64,000 bases of DNA from Octopus vulgaris. Its lineage: Eukaryota. Position numbers and translations under genes: made by a program. The stretch spans positions 127,720,001 through 127,784,000 of the forward strand of contig OX597816.1 in the NCBI GenBank assembly GCA_951406725.2. Reading direction: 5' to 3'. Each line of letters starts with the position of its first letter. Position 1 is the stretch's first letter. Below the pieces are notes generated by a model. It searched no databases. It saw only the letters and a list, made by a program, of their open reading frames with translations, and was not told the DNA's origin. Positions 26,053 through 40,863 of this stretch are shown in pieces.

Positions 26053-29000
26053 ATATATATATATTTATATATATATATATATATATGTTTACACAAACAC
26101 ACACACAAACACACACACACACACATATATATGTATGTATGTATTATTAGAATATGTATACTTATGTGAGTGAATGTGTGTCAGCACATGAATGTTTTTA
26201 TATGTACAAATACATATGCAACACACACATATACACAGTCATGCCTGTACATGTATTCACACACACACATGTGCTCACACAAACATATATAGACAGACAG
26301 ATAGATAGATACTTTAACTTCTTAAATATACTGTTTGTCAGTTCCTTCTTGCTGTTGATTCCCATCTCATATGAAGAATGTCTTGTCAAAATTTTGAGTA
26401 CTTATGGCTAATATATCACTGTATACACTACCATCTCCTTTCTACAGTCTCAACTTTTCTGGTTTGAGCTGATGTCACTTTTAAAGTATCTCCGTTCTTT
26501 TCTCTTCTTTGTTCTATACTGTTAACATTTTTTCCACATATAGCATCTTTATTCTCTTCAACTTTAGGGTGCCTTTGGGTTCTACGATATATTGGTGTTG
26601 TAGATGTTGTCATTGGATTTGGGGACTTATGGGATATTGTAAAGCCCTCCCCCCCATTGTTTCAGCTGTTATTTCACTTTCCATAATCTGTTTTTAATTA
26701 TCTGCCAGCAGTTTTATCTTGTAAGGATTACTGCCTTCAGTTTTTATGTGAATACCATATTTTCTGCAGTTTCACTACTTTATTTAATACTGTCTCTAGT
26801 AGCATCTTTATAACTAGTTTCTATTCAGTTTAAAATCTTTTTTAAAGTACAGCAGGTATATGTATCTATCTTTAGATCACACAGTCTACATATGAGTTTC
26901 CTGTGGATTTATCTCATTAAGCTTTTACTTCATAATAACGTCTTCTTAAAACTTTAGAACTATATATAAAAGCTAGTGCATCATAATGGTGTTCAATATA
27001 CTTATTTTCCTCTTGACATTAAGTTTATTACAAATAGTAGTTTCAGTTAGGTGTATTTATGATAAACACTGTCATATTTTATATTAAATTAAATCTAGTG
27101 CAATACATACATATTTGTACATTTACTTGACTGTTTTCTCAGTATACTTGCAGCCAGGTTGCTCTTTAAGTCTGAAATATTTTATCGTTTTGATGTGTGG
27201 CTTTAGCATATTGCTTTTTTTCCTCTCCTCAAAATACCACTCTTATCTTTATACTTAACACTTGCACTTTTTGCCATAGTGATTCATTATTGTTACTTGA
27301 TCTTACAAATAGCTTCAAATTTTATTATTAGATGGTTTATCAAGCTGCTCTTTTTAAAAATCTTTTATGCTCACTCTGTCATTTTAGTAGCCTTACAGAA
27401 GAGCAATTTGGAGAAAATTTTCGTTGGAAGATATCTTTTTTATTTCTTCTGTACCAGATATGCAAGTCTGAAAGTGTTGATATCAGGATATATATTTTTC
27501 ATGATGTACAATTCAGTTAATTTGTTCTTATTAGTGGACACTAACTACTTTTTTATTTTCAACTATATTGCCTTAATGAGTTGTTATATTTTTGTAAATT
27601 TATTGTTGATAATTTTCTCAAAGTCTTGTTGAAATTTCATAAGTGTTTGGGTTTTTGTATTATCTAAGCACCTTTTAGGTTAGAAATATAGAAAACCACA
27701 TTCATTTCATTTCTTTTATTTGAATATTTAATTTAGATTAATGACAATACTTGAAATTTTTTACAAGATCAAATATCCATATAAAATCATGGCAAACCGT
27801 GTCAGTATTTGATAATAAAATTTTTTTCATTTAATCTCAGGGATTAAAAATCTTCTAGAAGTAAATTTCATGTCTTAGGTTCCATTTTTAAGTATATTAA
27901 CGAATTATTAATTAGATTCTCTGAATAACATATAGTGTATAAATGCTAATGTTGAATTGCTGGTTGTATAATAGATATTAATTATTATGCATCCATACAG
28001 GAAATCATATGTCAACTATAATTACTGACGTGTATATTTGAAAAACAAAATGAATTAAAGCTAGAAACAATTGATACGTTAGTGTAGAAATCATCTTTCT
28101 TTGAAATAGTCAGAGATATACTTCTAAAGGCTGAATTTTAATAGTAATTATTTAATGTTGACATGAACTTGTATGAGGCAATATTACTAATGTATTTTTC
28201 AAGTGAAATCTGGTTATTATACTAATTTAAATTATTTTTAATTGTAAGTATAAAATAGAGCAAAACAACTTGGTAAATATTTTTATTGTATATCATTTTT
28301 TAAAAATAAGTTCACTTTGAGGGGATACCTAAATTAGTTTTAAATTTATTAGCTTCATATTTTTATATTGTCAGAAAGTTATATAGTTTTTTTTATATAT
28401 ATGATGTTAATAGTTGAATGAGAATCCAAATAATATGAAATGCTGGAAATATAAATAATGGAATTGTGAATATAATATTTTTTTCATTCACTACTTGTTT
28501 CAAAAGAGAAACTAAATTTTACTTTTTCAAAGATTAGTATACCTCAATTAACATTACACTAACCTATGATTTTATTCATTCACCAATTTTCTGAATTCTG
28601 AAAAATCTTCAATGAAATCATTATCCCAAGAAAAATTATAGTATCCATGAGAGCAGAAATAATATACATATATAAACACTATTTCCTTGTTCATATCAAT
28701 ACAAAATCTCATACACTTTGAAAATGTTTTCGTAAAATTGTTAATTATAAAACCAAGAGTTATTTCTCTTTAAACTCAAAACATTAAAATATAAGAAATT
28801 TAAACATAAAACAATTGTCCTCTTTCTGAATTTTTAAAAGTTTATACTGTATTATTTCTATGCAATATTTTTTAAATTCATGCCTATAAATCATTTACTA
28901 TTGATCTACATATTGTGGTAGTAACCATTTTTTTTGTTTTATTAAGACCAACTATAGAAGTTGTCATCGCTCAAAAACTCTTGTTTAATTTCTTATTTGG

Positions 29001-29504
29001 TTTCTCGTTGCGCATTTTTTTCTTTTTCAGTTTCTTTTCCCTAATTCATTTTTGGGAAGACTATATTGTCTAAATTACAAGTAACATATAATTAAAGTAG
29101 TTGGCACCTTATAAACTTACTTTTATTATATGTATTCATTTAATTTTAGTAAATTAGCAGATTAATGGACAAGTTCAAATTGGCAGTGATTAGCTTAATC
29201 AATAAAGGTAGATTCTATCTTTCTTTCCTAGATCTCACATATGTCTTTTATTCTTAATGATGATGTGATTTTATATAAAGTCTTCTAATTCAATTACCTG
29301 TTTCCATGGAGATATGTGCACTATTCTTCATGGTGGTGCTATTAGTTACAAATTATTAATTTCAAGTACCTAAAAGTTCATCATTATATAAGAAGCCAGC
29401 AATAAATATTGATTATTTTTGTGTAGCAGCAAGTAATTGTAGCTTATAATGGGTAGTGAATGCAATTGTCTACTGCTCTAGAGCTGCAACTCTTTTATAC
29501 ATAC

Positions 29505-29564
<60 letters not shown>

Positions 29565-31134
29565 GTATGTGTGTGTGTTCGTGTATATATATATATATAT
29601 ATCTGTATGTGTGTGTGTTCGTATATATATATATATATATATATATAAATATATATATATATAATGTCTCTTTCTAATCTACCCAGTTTGTTTCCTGGCA
29701 TAACTTCAATAACCCATAGAACAGCCTCACTTCCTGCTAGAACTTACATTCACAGCTACCAGTTCTCTCTCTTGATTTTCCATTACTCTAACTTATGCCT
29801 AATCCCCTGGGTATAGTTAATTCTGTCTTTATGTCTTATATTATATTCCAACAAAGCAAAAGAAAGTCATTTAAAATTCTTAAATCTGTTCAAGTAATTA
29901 TAAGTAACATTTTTCAAAATCTCTTATCTCACCAAAATATATCCTTAATTAAAAAACAAAACCAAAAAAAAATGAAACATACCTTTGGTTTCTTATCTAA
30001 GTGTTGTCTCTACCATTGAGCCACTTCTCTCTTTATAGAAAAATTCTGGTTTTACAACTATTTAATAGCAGGTCGATGCAATCCATACCAGCATGAGAAA
30101 ATGGATGTTAACACTGATAATGATTTTTACTATGTTTTATAATTTTTTAGCTATACACCAATAAATAGAGTGGATTGGAGAAAAACAGAACAAATATTGT
30201 TTTTATCCCCTTTTGTACTTTTTACTTTACCTGTAACACTGAAATGGTTCATAAATTTTGGGATCTTTAATTGATTTATTGTTTAATTATTTCTTTGATA
30301 ACTATTGTTATTTGAAGTATGTAGAAGCTTCTATTATTAATATATTATTAATCTAAAAAGCGATTTGTAAGTTGGAAAGGAGAGTTGGAGGTTCATTGCT
30401 CTCAGGTTTCCTCAATAAAAACAGCCTTTTTACATGGTTACATATTTTGAGATTAATGTTGCTTGAATTTATTATTGAAAAGCTCAGGATGATCAGAATC
30501 TGGCAGTGAAACTGTGATTTGATCATGATTATATTACATTACCATGAATACAACATTTCCAATAAAAAGTTCAGTGAATAAATTATTTGCAAACGATGCA
30601 TTTCTGAAACTGGAATTCATATGACTCACACAAATTCTATATGGTGTAGCTAAATTTTCTGTCTTTTTTAGTGATATTTCTGAAAGCTTTATATATGTTC
30701 ACTGATCCTGCTCTGGTTGCTCTTTTATATATTTCCTATAGTTCTTATCATATGGCTTCTCTTTTATGGTATTCATTTTGAATATCAGCCTTTAGTTTGT
30801 CGACAGCAGTCAATATCATTATATTTGTTTTTTATGTTATATTTTATTCCATATTCCTTTAAAACTCTTCGTTTCCTGCTCCACTAATTCACTAATAATG
30901 TTTTGTAAAAATAGTTAACAGCAACATATGCTAGATTGCTCTTTTTTTTTTTTTTCAGAGAATTGACATAAAATTCTGACTCGCTTTACAATTCACTAAG
31001 TACTAAAACCATTGGTATTGCTTCTGTTAACTCATGAAAATGTTACTTTACATTTAAAAAAATGTTTTTATTTTAAAAATTAAAATGGTTCTCATCCAAA
31101 CTAAGAGCCTATTCTTGTTGAAATTATGAATTTC

Positions 31135-32030
31135 ATCTTCATCATCATCATCTTTGATGTCGCTTTTTATTTGCTGGCATTAGGTAGGCTGGCTTCCCAT
31201 ACAATATTTAACCACTTATCTTAATCATTCCTCATTTGGTTTGTGAGGTCCAGCATCTTGCGATCACATCAAATATTTCATCCTGTTTTCTTCAGCTTTC
31301 TGTCACTTTTAGCATATAGCAAATTCTACATCATCTATCATGTATACATTGAGTAATACCATTAATAGCCTGCATCCTACCTATTTCTCTTTTCCCACTT
31401 GCTGCTCTGCTTTTCAAATAGGTTAATATTGCACATCTGTGTAATCATATTTTGCATATTTCTCTTCAACTTTCACAAATCTTTTGCATTTAATACCCTT
31501 GTACCTCAGTCGAGCAACATTATTTTTCATACACATCTTTATAAAGTTTCTTTTCATGGGAAAAAAGAAAGACCTTTATTGCCTATAAATGCAACAGCTG
31601 CTTAAATATCTCCTTCTGCTTCTTTACTATAGAAATTATATTTTTGCTATAGCCACTGTCAGCATTAATTAGATCACCTATGTAGTAAAAATTATCAAAC
31701 ATGTCTAGTAGGGCTGATCATAGATGTTCTTACATCTATGCCTCTGTAACATCCTAAATTATGATTCCCAATCAATTTACCAGCTCCTTCTGTACATTTT
31801 GTGTATCAGTTTCTCCCCTGCAATTGATACACAATAGCATGGACTGTGAACTTCCTTGATACTTCCTTCCTACATGTTGACCAAGGCCATTTACCTGGAG
31901 CACTGGTATTTTGTGCTCTCTGTTAGTAATTAGCATTTTAAACTTTGTCATGTTAAACTTGAGACTTCTGAATTCTTCTGCATTCTTCCAGGTTCTTATG
32001 ATTTCTCTGCAACACTTTGATAAATTTTCC
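31135..32030 (-). mobile_element. Decayed RTE-type LINE, 3' portion
   Basis: LKFNMTKFKML and FYYIGDLI (FxYLG-like) peptides; (CAT)n tail at the left end. Confidence 0.55.
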
Positions 32031-32695
32031 CATGAGAACTATGTCATCCACATTCATAAACCACCTATTTTAAATATAGGGACTTTTGGTGATGCTGGTG
32101 ATGGTTGATATTTGCTGTGAAACTGAAATTTAGCTTTTGTTTTTGGAGCATCTTAAAACTACTTTGAATGGTTTCAGTTATCAGAAAAACAGAGACATCA
32201 ATAAAAGATGCTAAAAATAATACTTTAACATTTCTCTATTCATTATTTGGCAAATGGTTGACAATATATGCACCATGGCTTTTGACACTGACAGCAAAAC
32301 TATTACTGTTCAAGGGAAATATCTTATTTCAGCAACAATCAATTTTAACTGTTGCTCTAAGTACTTGTGGGAATTAACAATAATGACTATTCAAAAGACT
32401 GTTATCAAAAGACAAACTAATGACTGACATAGCTTCAACTAATAAAGTGAAACATGTTTACATGTGAGTATTCCATGTTGTATAAAAGAATATGTATAGA
32501 GTTACTTGGATATATTTAAATTATGTATGAGTATTCCATTGACTGCAGAATGTATTAAGGTATCCTAAACATGTTGCTTATGACAATTTAGAAAGTGAAA
32601 CAATCTGCTATTCAAAATGTAGGGTACAACATTGATAATATTACAGGCAAATATCCATATCTTTCTTAGTTTATTTTTCTGCATCTCATTCAACG

Positions 32696-33792
32696 TATGA
32701 GATGCATTCAAATATCATCTAACGTTTGGGCATAAAAAAAATCAACAAATTTTATTTAATCTCTTTCAAAATACTCCCATTGGGAGTTCGTATACTTCTT
32801 CTTGCAGTTCTACCATTGCTGGTAACACCTGGAACAAATTATCTGGAATGATATGGAGCTCCATCATCACTTTTCACATAATTTCCCTTTATGACTCAAA
32901 TCATTTCCCTTTGAGCATGGTTTCCAGTTTGGGAAAGAACCAGAAATCACATGGTGCCAAGTTGAGAGTGTAGGGAGCCTGTTGAACAAGTGGTGTGTTG
33001 TTCTTGACCAGGAAAGCTTGGATTATGTGGGCAGAATGAGCAGGTGCATTGTCATGAAGTCGATAATTCTTTGCTACCTCCATGTCCAGTTGTTTTCGAC
33101 ACAGTATCATGAAGGCAACATATAACCTCCAGGTAGTATTCCTTACTGATTGTTTGGCCTTGTGGTTTGTATTCAGGATGCACAATACCACAGGAGTCAA
33201 AGAAACAGGTAAACATTACCTTCATATTGCTGCAAACTGTTGTGCTTGTTTGGGCCTTGATGATGATAGATGCTGCCATTGGAAGGACTGGGACTTGGGC
33301 TCTGGGTCATAACCATAAAACCATGTTTCTCCACATGGGCCGATGATCTTCATGAATTCTGGGTCGTAGTTTGCCCAGTCTAGCATATCCTAAGCAATTT
33401 TCACCTGCACCTTGGGGATGAATTTCGCTGACACTCTCTGCATGCACAAATCCTCTGTTAAAATGGAATGCACTGATCCTATGCTTATTCTCACTTTGAG
33501 AGCAGTTTCTTGGATTGTTACACAATGGTTTTCCATAGCTATTTGCCAAACTTTCTGAATTGGTTCCTCGTTTCGGCTTCTGGATGGCCTGCCTGAGCAT
33601 TCCTCATTCTCCACTGAGGTGCAGCCATGTTTGAAGCAACTGTACCACTCCTTGATCTGAGTTCACTCACGATATTAATTATTCTACATGCACAGGAAGT
33701 AAGGCATCACTTCTCACCCAAAGGATTTTACCCATGCAGTTTTAGCATTGGCCAGAAAAAATAAAGTCAGATGCTTTTTGAACACACCTTGT
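32696..33792 (-). mobile_element. Near full-length decayed mariner with both TIRs
   Basis: LHDNAPAHSA and APYTLNLAPCDFWFFPKL motifs; imperfect TIRs tgagatgcattcaaatatcatctaac / gtcagatgctttttgaacacaccttg; TA flanks; frameshifts. Confidence 0.9.
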
Positions 33793-34155
33793 TACATCCA
33801 CCTTAGTGAAGGCAGAGATATTGTTTTCAGTCATGTTTGCTTGTCCATGGACAAGATATCTTAAGAACCACTGGATGGATTTGGATGAAACTTTCAGGGA
33901 TGTTTGGCCTCATGACTGGCACGAATTGTTTAGATTTTGGGATCAATTTGGTCCTGGACAAGTATTCTGGATTATTTTTCCTTGTTTTTTACTTAATTTT
34001 TGAGAGGAGTTGGGTTCATTTTTAGTATTCTCATTTGTGAAAGCAGTCAAGTTTATTTCAGATATTCTCATTTTAAAAATCATCTCTGGCTAATCATTGA
34101 GAGAACATTGGTGTTGCCTTGGCAGAGGTTTGCACTCTCTGAGTGCTCTTGTTTT
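33793..34155 (+). mobile_element. Non-autonomous Helentron-like (HINE/DINE-type) element
   Basis: 5' tccaccttagtgaaggcaga short inverted repeat, 3' sub-TIR gccttggcagagg, then hairpin gcactc-tct-gagtgc and a T-rich end. Confidence 0.6.
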
Positions 34156-34224
34156 TATCTTTAAATTGACGATTGACTTTATCACCCTAAATCCGCCTTT
34201 GATTTCTCTTTTGATTTTGAGATA

Positions 34225-34501
34225 TCTTTTACTTGTTTCAGTCATTGAGCTTTGACCATGCTAGGGTACCACAGTGAATGGTTTAGTCCAAATTGACCCC
34301 AATACTTATTGTTTTAACCCTGGTACTTATTCTGTCAGTCCTTTTCTGCCAAACTGCTACATAACAGGTATATACACAAACCAACATTGATTCTGAAGCA
34401 GTGTTGGGGGATGAAGACAAACATGTGCACGTACACACACAGATATATCCATATATATACATGTATATATGTGTGTGTGTGTCTCTCTCTCTATACACGT
34501 A

Positions 34502-34584
<83 letters not shown>

Positions 34585-34680
34585 AAAGTAGAAGGCATTT
34601 GCCCATGGTGTCATACACTGGGATTGAACCTGCAGCATGTTGTTGAGAAGCAAACTTCTTACCACACAGCCATACCTGTG
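34225..34680 (-). mobile_element. tRNA-derived SINE, same family as 43933
   Basis: Reverse-complement similarity; expanded CA/TA microsatellite. Confidence 0.75.
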
Positions 34681-35864
34681 TATATACTTGGTTTATATTA
34701 AAATATTTGCTGGGGATAGTATTTATATCTGAAATAATTTCAAATATATTATCTTCTCTTGATTATGCGTTAGTCAGAAATTTTACAGCTGTTTCAATTT
34801 TTCTAAAACAAAAGTTGCTAAACTTCCATTCATTTGATTAACACATTGTCTTTACTTGATCTTTGCTGAAACTCCAAACAAGATTCTATGATAGATTTAT
34901 GGTTCCTCTCAGATTATTTAAGACATTTTCTGGTTTCATTTATTATGTTTAAACATATTCATGATGATGTAGTTTGGTATATTTTAATGAATAATTAAAA
35001 TACATTACAAATTCTAATGAAGATCAGTTATTTAAATGAAACTACATCCTATGAGCATAAATATCAGCAGAGGCTATATAAAGTTTACATCTTTCATTAT
35101 GATTAGTTTCTGTAACTGTGTGTGTTCTTGTAATCCCTTAAATAAAGATTTTATTTTGCATGCTTTATTTGAGACACTGCTCTCCAAACCTCAGTGATAT
35201 ATTTGGGACTACTTTGTAATATTCTTCTGAACAGTTTTGCTAACTATAAAAATTTCCTATTATTTTTTCCCTTCTTCTCAATGGTATTTCCACTGGTAAG
35301 TTTTTTTTCTCATTGCCCGCAATTTTGGTTGACTGTACAGTTATAAAAGAGACTAAATTAATATTTTTCTTTTTCTTCATCATACTACCTTCTTTACAAT
35401 ATTGGTATGTGCTGCAGATATCAATAGTACAGTACATTACTATTCTTCATAATCCATTTTCTAATTATCAGCATATATGGTTTGGCTTTTTTATCAGTAC
35501 CTGCAAAATCAGGTAGAGTAGTAAGACTAAATTATTGACCAATACAGTTTGTTTTAAATGTAAAAGAACCCCAAACACACAATAAATTACCTTTTGATTA
35601 AGTATTGCTTTTAATCAGCCATAATGCATGCATATAAGCTCACACATTCATTTTAATTATAGATTTCATATATTTCATTAATATATATATTATATATGTA
35701 AAATATACATATATAATATAATATATTTTATGCCTAAATATATTTTATATATCTGTATTTAATAGATATATTTTATATATTTTATACAAGTAAGTGAATA
35801 AGCAAAAGAAAGTAGCACTCTACAAATTTAGTTTGGGTTACATGTATTTCATAACAATTAGACT

Positions 35865-36250
35865 CATCTCTATTCCTTAGAGCATAAGCGAAAAAGATAT
35901 GCTATAATATACATCTGGAAGATCCTGGAGGGACTTGCCCCAAACCTTGGTATCAAGAGTTACACAAATACTAGAACAGGGCACCACAGCATAGTGCCAA
36001 GGACTCTAAATTTGTCATGAAGATATAGGACAAGATATTGCAATAGCCTGGGCTTCAGGGGACCACAGCACTTCAGTATCCCCCAAAGGACCTGAGAGAC
36101 CTGCATAGAGTGGATGTAGGTGTCTTCAAAATGAAACTGGACCTATTACTGTCAAGTATCTCAGACGAACCAACTTCACAGCCGGATGTGCAGATGAGGG
36201 CAGCAGCATCGAACACTCTCATGCACTAAATGTCAATTTCTAAAAAGAAA
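35865..36250 (+). mobile_element. CR1/L2-group LINE ORF2 C-terminal remnant
   Basis: LYSLEHKRKRYAIIYIWKILEGLAPN ... FKMKLDLLLSSISDEP. Confidence 0.75.
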
Positions 36251-36469
36251 TAGTGAAGTAAAATACATTAGCTCTTTCAGTAATTACTCTAAGGCTATTA
36301 CAAAGAAATTAGTTAGGAATATTTCGCTTAGACTTTCTAGATTATCTGCTAATGTTGATATCTTCAACGATAAAGCTGAAGCAGGCTATAAAGAAACAAT
36401 TACCTATATTAACCCTATTGACATTAATTCTGCCTCTATTAATCAGGACATGAAATCAAATTGTAACAA

Positions 36470-36850
36470 AGCATCTTTGAAGTGATCTCCGTAGTTATCT
36501 GCATCAGAAAAACAGTAGATAATACCTATGATCAAATTGAGGTCAGTCACATGCATTATTAGTGCATTGCCCATTCTGTTGGAGTGGGAGAGGAGGACAT
36601 TTGTTGCCAGGTCTTCTTGGATGAAGATCGCTACTTCTCCTTGTTTTCATACTCTGTGGTCAGTTCTGAGTAGTACATAACCTGACATATGTACTTCCGC
36701 ATCCAGTATATCTGAGGTCAGATGCGTTTCACTTAGTGCTACATATATTGTCCTTTCTCACTATACAAGGTCTCACTTGTGCAAGGTCTCTAAGATAGGA
36801 TACATTTGTTTCATTTGTGAAGTGTGAAAGACCTCATAATTTCGACATTA
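36470..36850 (-). mobile_element. LINE APE-endonuclease remnant
   Basis: IYVALSETHLTSDILDAEVHMSGYVLLRTDHRV*KQGEVAIFI. Confidence 0.8.
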
Positions 36851-37539
36851 TTATTGAGTTGAGTTTGTCAGTTAATGACAGCAATGGTTTGGTTGTGTGC
36901 TGGGGTAATAGCAGTGGTTGGTGTTGTATGAGAGCTAGAAGGTTTTTCTTTTAATTTCTTTTGCCAGATTCATCATCACTGAAGAAGAATTTTCTTGTTT
37001 TGGGAGGAGTTGTTGTTTGGAGTTGGTATGGTTGCACTGTTGAATATGGTTATAGTTATTTCATTTGCAGCTGTTGATTTTACTATTGTACTCAGTAGAT
37101 ATCTGGGTGACTTCTTGGTTTCAATGAAAGTCTAGAGCAACACTGCCACTGTAAGGGATGTTTTTATTGTGGATTTGGTGGTGGTTTAATAATAATTTCC
37201 TATTATTTTTCCCTTATTCTAAATGGTATTTCCACTGGTAAGTTTTTTTCTCATTGTCCGCAATTTTAGCTGTTTAAACACTATCAATATATGATACTCC
37301 TTGAGAGCATTCTATATCATTAAATGTCTAAGCTTACTTTTATAAAGCATAAATGCATTTATGTCTTATAAACCAGACATACAAATGTTAGTTTTGTTAA
37401 AATGCTAGAACTGGACAGTTAAGTTTTTTTTTTTTTTAGAAAACTGTGTGTAGAGTACAATAGACTTCTAATTAATTTAATGAAAAGGGTTCAAATAATA
37501 GTGCTCACCACAACATCAAGAACAAGTTTGAAGAAATTT

Positions 37540-37960
37540 ACCGCTGGGCTCTGGATGGTGTTGCTGAACCACCAGAGAAGTGTGGTTGACATAAAGAACC
37601 ACAAGCTGCTTTAAGAACTTTGTTTAACATTTTGCATGAAGTTATGTTTGATGAAACTACAGAGCTTTGAATGAAATCTCATTTGTCACATGTTTTGCAA
37701 ATTGTTGTTTAGAAGGAAAAGCCTCAGGAAAGGCTTTTGGGATACGTCAATGTCAGCAAAGACAGAAAAATTTTAAATACCATTGTTTAAAAATTTTTAA
37801 TTCAGTTCAGTTGGATTGTTGAATCTGAAGCTTTTTCATGCTTACAATAAAAATTTTTGATGGAAGCACTTTCATTGAATGTTTGTAAGAACATTAAATT
37901 TAGATGGATTGAAATGTGAGCTAAAACCAATTAATGCTGCAGATTTTGCAAATTAAGTGT
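37540..37960 (+). mobile_element. Possible hAT transposase remnant
   Basis: VMFDETT-like motif; heavily decayed. Confidence 0.35.
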
Positions 37961-38289
37961 CAAAAATGCAATAAGTTACAGACATAATATGGAAGCTTGA
38001 ATTAAATCAAGCTCTAGCCAAAGTAACAAAATTATGATGTTTGATTCTGACCATAACTACAACATCTGCTTTCTGGAATATATTGCTTTCTTCATTAAAA
38101 TGAGTAAATAGTTATATGAGGTGTTCCCAAAGTAAAGAGAAATTCAAAAATTTAGTTTTCTATTTCATGAATAAAGACCTTTTGAAGAAGATGAAGGCAG
38201 ACCATGGTGCTGATACGTTTTATATTAAAGTAATCGATAAATTTGCCATCAACCCCTACCACTGTTCGTCTCGGGTTGGTGATCATTAT

Positions 38290-38835
38290 CCCAAACAATG
38301 GTCAACCATCTAACTTAAAAGAAGGCCATTAATGCCAAATTTAGTGAATTTGATATTAAAGGGGCTGTTTGCCTCCTCTCTGTCCTCCCTTGCCCAGTGT
38401 ATTACAGATTCTCTCAATTGACTGAAGTAAAAACATACTCCTGCTCCTCGGGATGAGTACCTACACTGGCCCAACCCACCAGGGTTTTTGCCTCTGATAA
38501 TGTCGGGAAGGTGACTGCATCCTTTCTGGCAGGTTCTGGCACTGGGATCAATAGCTCATGACCTCAGCATCTCAAAGATGGTATCTCCCAGTCAACTGAT
38601 TGTACTGGTCTTGAGAGCTCTTGGAGAACCTAATGCAGTTCATTAACTTGTTCTCATCTGAGTGCCCTTTCCTACAGTCATCCTCTGTTCTTTGGGACCA
38701 AACTATTTGGTCTCACCAAGCCCAATGGCGACCTCCACCCCATAGCCATTGGTTGTGCTCTCCAATGGTTTACTGCAAATATGCATCTGTCCTCAGGTTC
38801 TAACTGCCTGTCTGCTGATTTTTCCCCTGTTCAGC
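38290..38835 (+). mobile_element. CRE-like non-LTR retrotransposon RT fragment
   Basis: DIKGAVCLL, PQHLKD and GDLHPIAIG (RPIAxG-like) motifs with frameshifts. Confidence 0.55.
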
Positions 38836-40094
38836 TATTCACATTGCTATTTAAATCATTTAGTCAGGTGGGATGCCCAGAGGCATTATCAAAACTTAAA
38901 AGAACCTTGAAATTTAAATTATTATTTTTGTTTTTGCAATATTTTTTAAATGTGGAATAAAAATACATATTGAACCATTCTTCAAACAACTGTTTTGTCA
39001 CCCAAGCCCTTTTATTCAGTTTCCAAATAGAAGTGGGAGTATTTCTGTTTCAAAGTTTTTGAGTGGTAATTAATAGGCAGAAAGCATTTTTTATTCAATA
39101 ATAATTTTTATGAAAAGAGGCGTGTCTGGATATTTTCTATAAACTCATGAAAAAAGATCGGATAACTATATGAATTTTGGTTGAATTTCAAGGAGTTTTG
39201 TCGATTTATTTTGAATGTACTAGTTAAGTAGTTGAAGGTGTGGCACATGATCTCATGCATGAAGGATTGGTGCGGAACTGAAGATATGGTGCTGCCAATG
39301 CTTCAAAGGGTTTGTGCAAAAAAGAAAACAAAAAAAAAACAACAAACACTTATTGAAACGAGCTAATCAAATTTGACACAACATATATTAAGGGGCAGTC
39401 TCAAAAATTTTTTGCACACTAATCATGGGGTTCCTGTATACATTTTGGAAATGTTTGTATGTAGGTTTCTCATACTTCAAAACAGTGCATCGAAGGAGGG
39501 GAACTATTTTCATTTCCAGACTCTCTATATCTCAGAGCATATAATACTATACTTTTCATGGAAAATGGGATAGGGTGGAACACTAGGAAATTCCCTTCCC
39601 CAACCTTAGTGTGTGGTGGTGGGGGTGGGCTGCATGCCCTAGTCACCCTTTGTCATTGATATATATGTATATATATCTTTAAGTCTATAGCTATTTAATG
39701 CTTGCAACCACTTATATTATTGTTGTTATTATCAACTATTTATATTACCATGGATAACAATAACAATATCTATATAAATATTCACTCCTGAATATTTGCT
39801 CCTTATTGGTATATTTACACTGAGGCTGTTCTGATTTTGGCACAAAACAATTCAGAATGTTGGCAGATTTCAATGTGACAAGGAAGGTGAGGCTGTTTGC
39901 CAGACCACAAACGATGGTCCACATATATCCAAATACCAAGAAATATAAAGCATTGGGCTGTATAGGTATGTGGAAGATTTTTGTGGCCCGTTCACCTGAC
40001 TACTGTTGTTTTTCTGTTATATTTTTAAGTGTTTTTATTATTGGTTTAAATGAGGGTTTCAACTCCTCTTTCTAGCAAGTAGGCACCTATGGCA

Positions 40095-40140
<46 letters not shown>

Positions 40141-40223
40141 GGTCCCGGGTTGATTCGGGGTTAACCACAGTAAATAAGGTACTCAATACATAGCAGAGTA
40201 AAATTAATTTATTATATAGAAGG

Positions 40224-40274
40224 AGCTTCTACAGGACTAGAACTGTTTCATTCAAGAGAAATCTTCAGGAAGCT
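40224..40274 (-). ncRNA. Type I hammerhead ribozyme in the 3' pseudo-LTR of the same element
   Basis: Reverse complement of 42756-42806; followed on the minus strand by AATAAA. Confidence 0.85.
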
Positions 40275-40469
40275 AGTTAACAAGAATTGTATTAGCATTT
40301 ATACATTTAGGCAGGTTTAAAGGGGTGTTGGTGGGGGACTTTTTGGGGGTAGGCATAGCGCAAAATATCATACTTGGGGGAGTGGTCAAGGAGTCAGTGT
40401 TAAATTAGAAAGAAGAATAAATAAAAAAATAAAAAAATAAAAAATAAAATAAAAAATAAAAAAAATAAA

Positions 40470-40501
<32 letters not shown>

Positions 40502-40819
40502 AGGGGGGATAGAGTTTTAGGTAAGTAAGGAGATTCTCACTTATACCTATGCACATATGTATACATATATACACACACATACAAACATATATACATATAC
40601 ATACACACATATATATATATATACACACATATATATACACTTACACATACATATACATATCTACACATACACATATATGTATACATATACACACAGAAAA
40701 ATTTATATACACATACACACACATACACGCATACACACACATATCCACACACACACATGCACACACAGCACATTAGTCCCTATATACACATATATACACA
40801 TACACACATATATACACAC

Positions 40820-40863
<44 letters not shown>

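Noticed and set aside
40512-40526. gagttttag|gtaagt recursive-like site
   Set aside because: Inside the Penelope element and preceded by A and G runs rather than a pyrimidine tract
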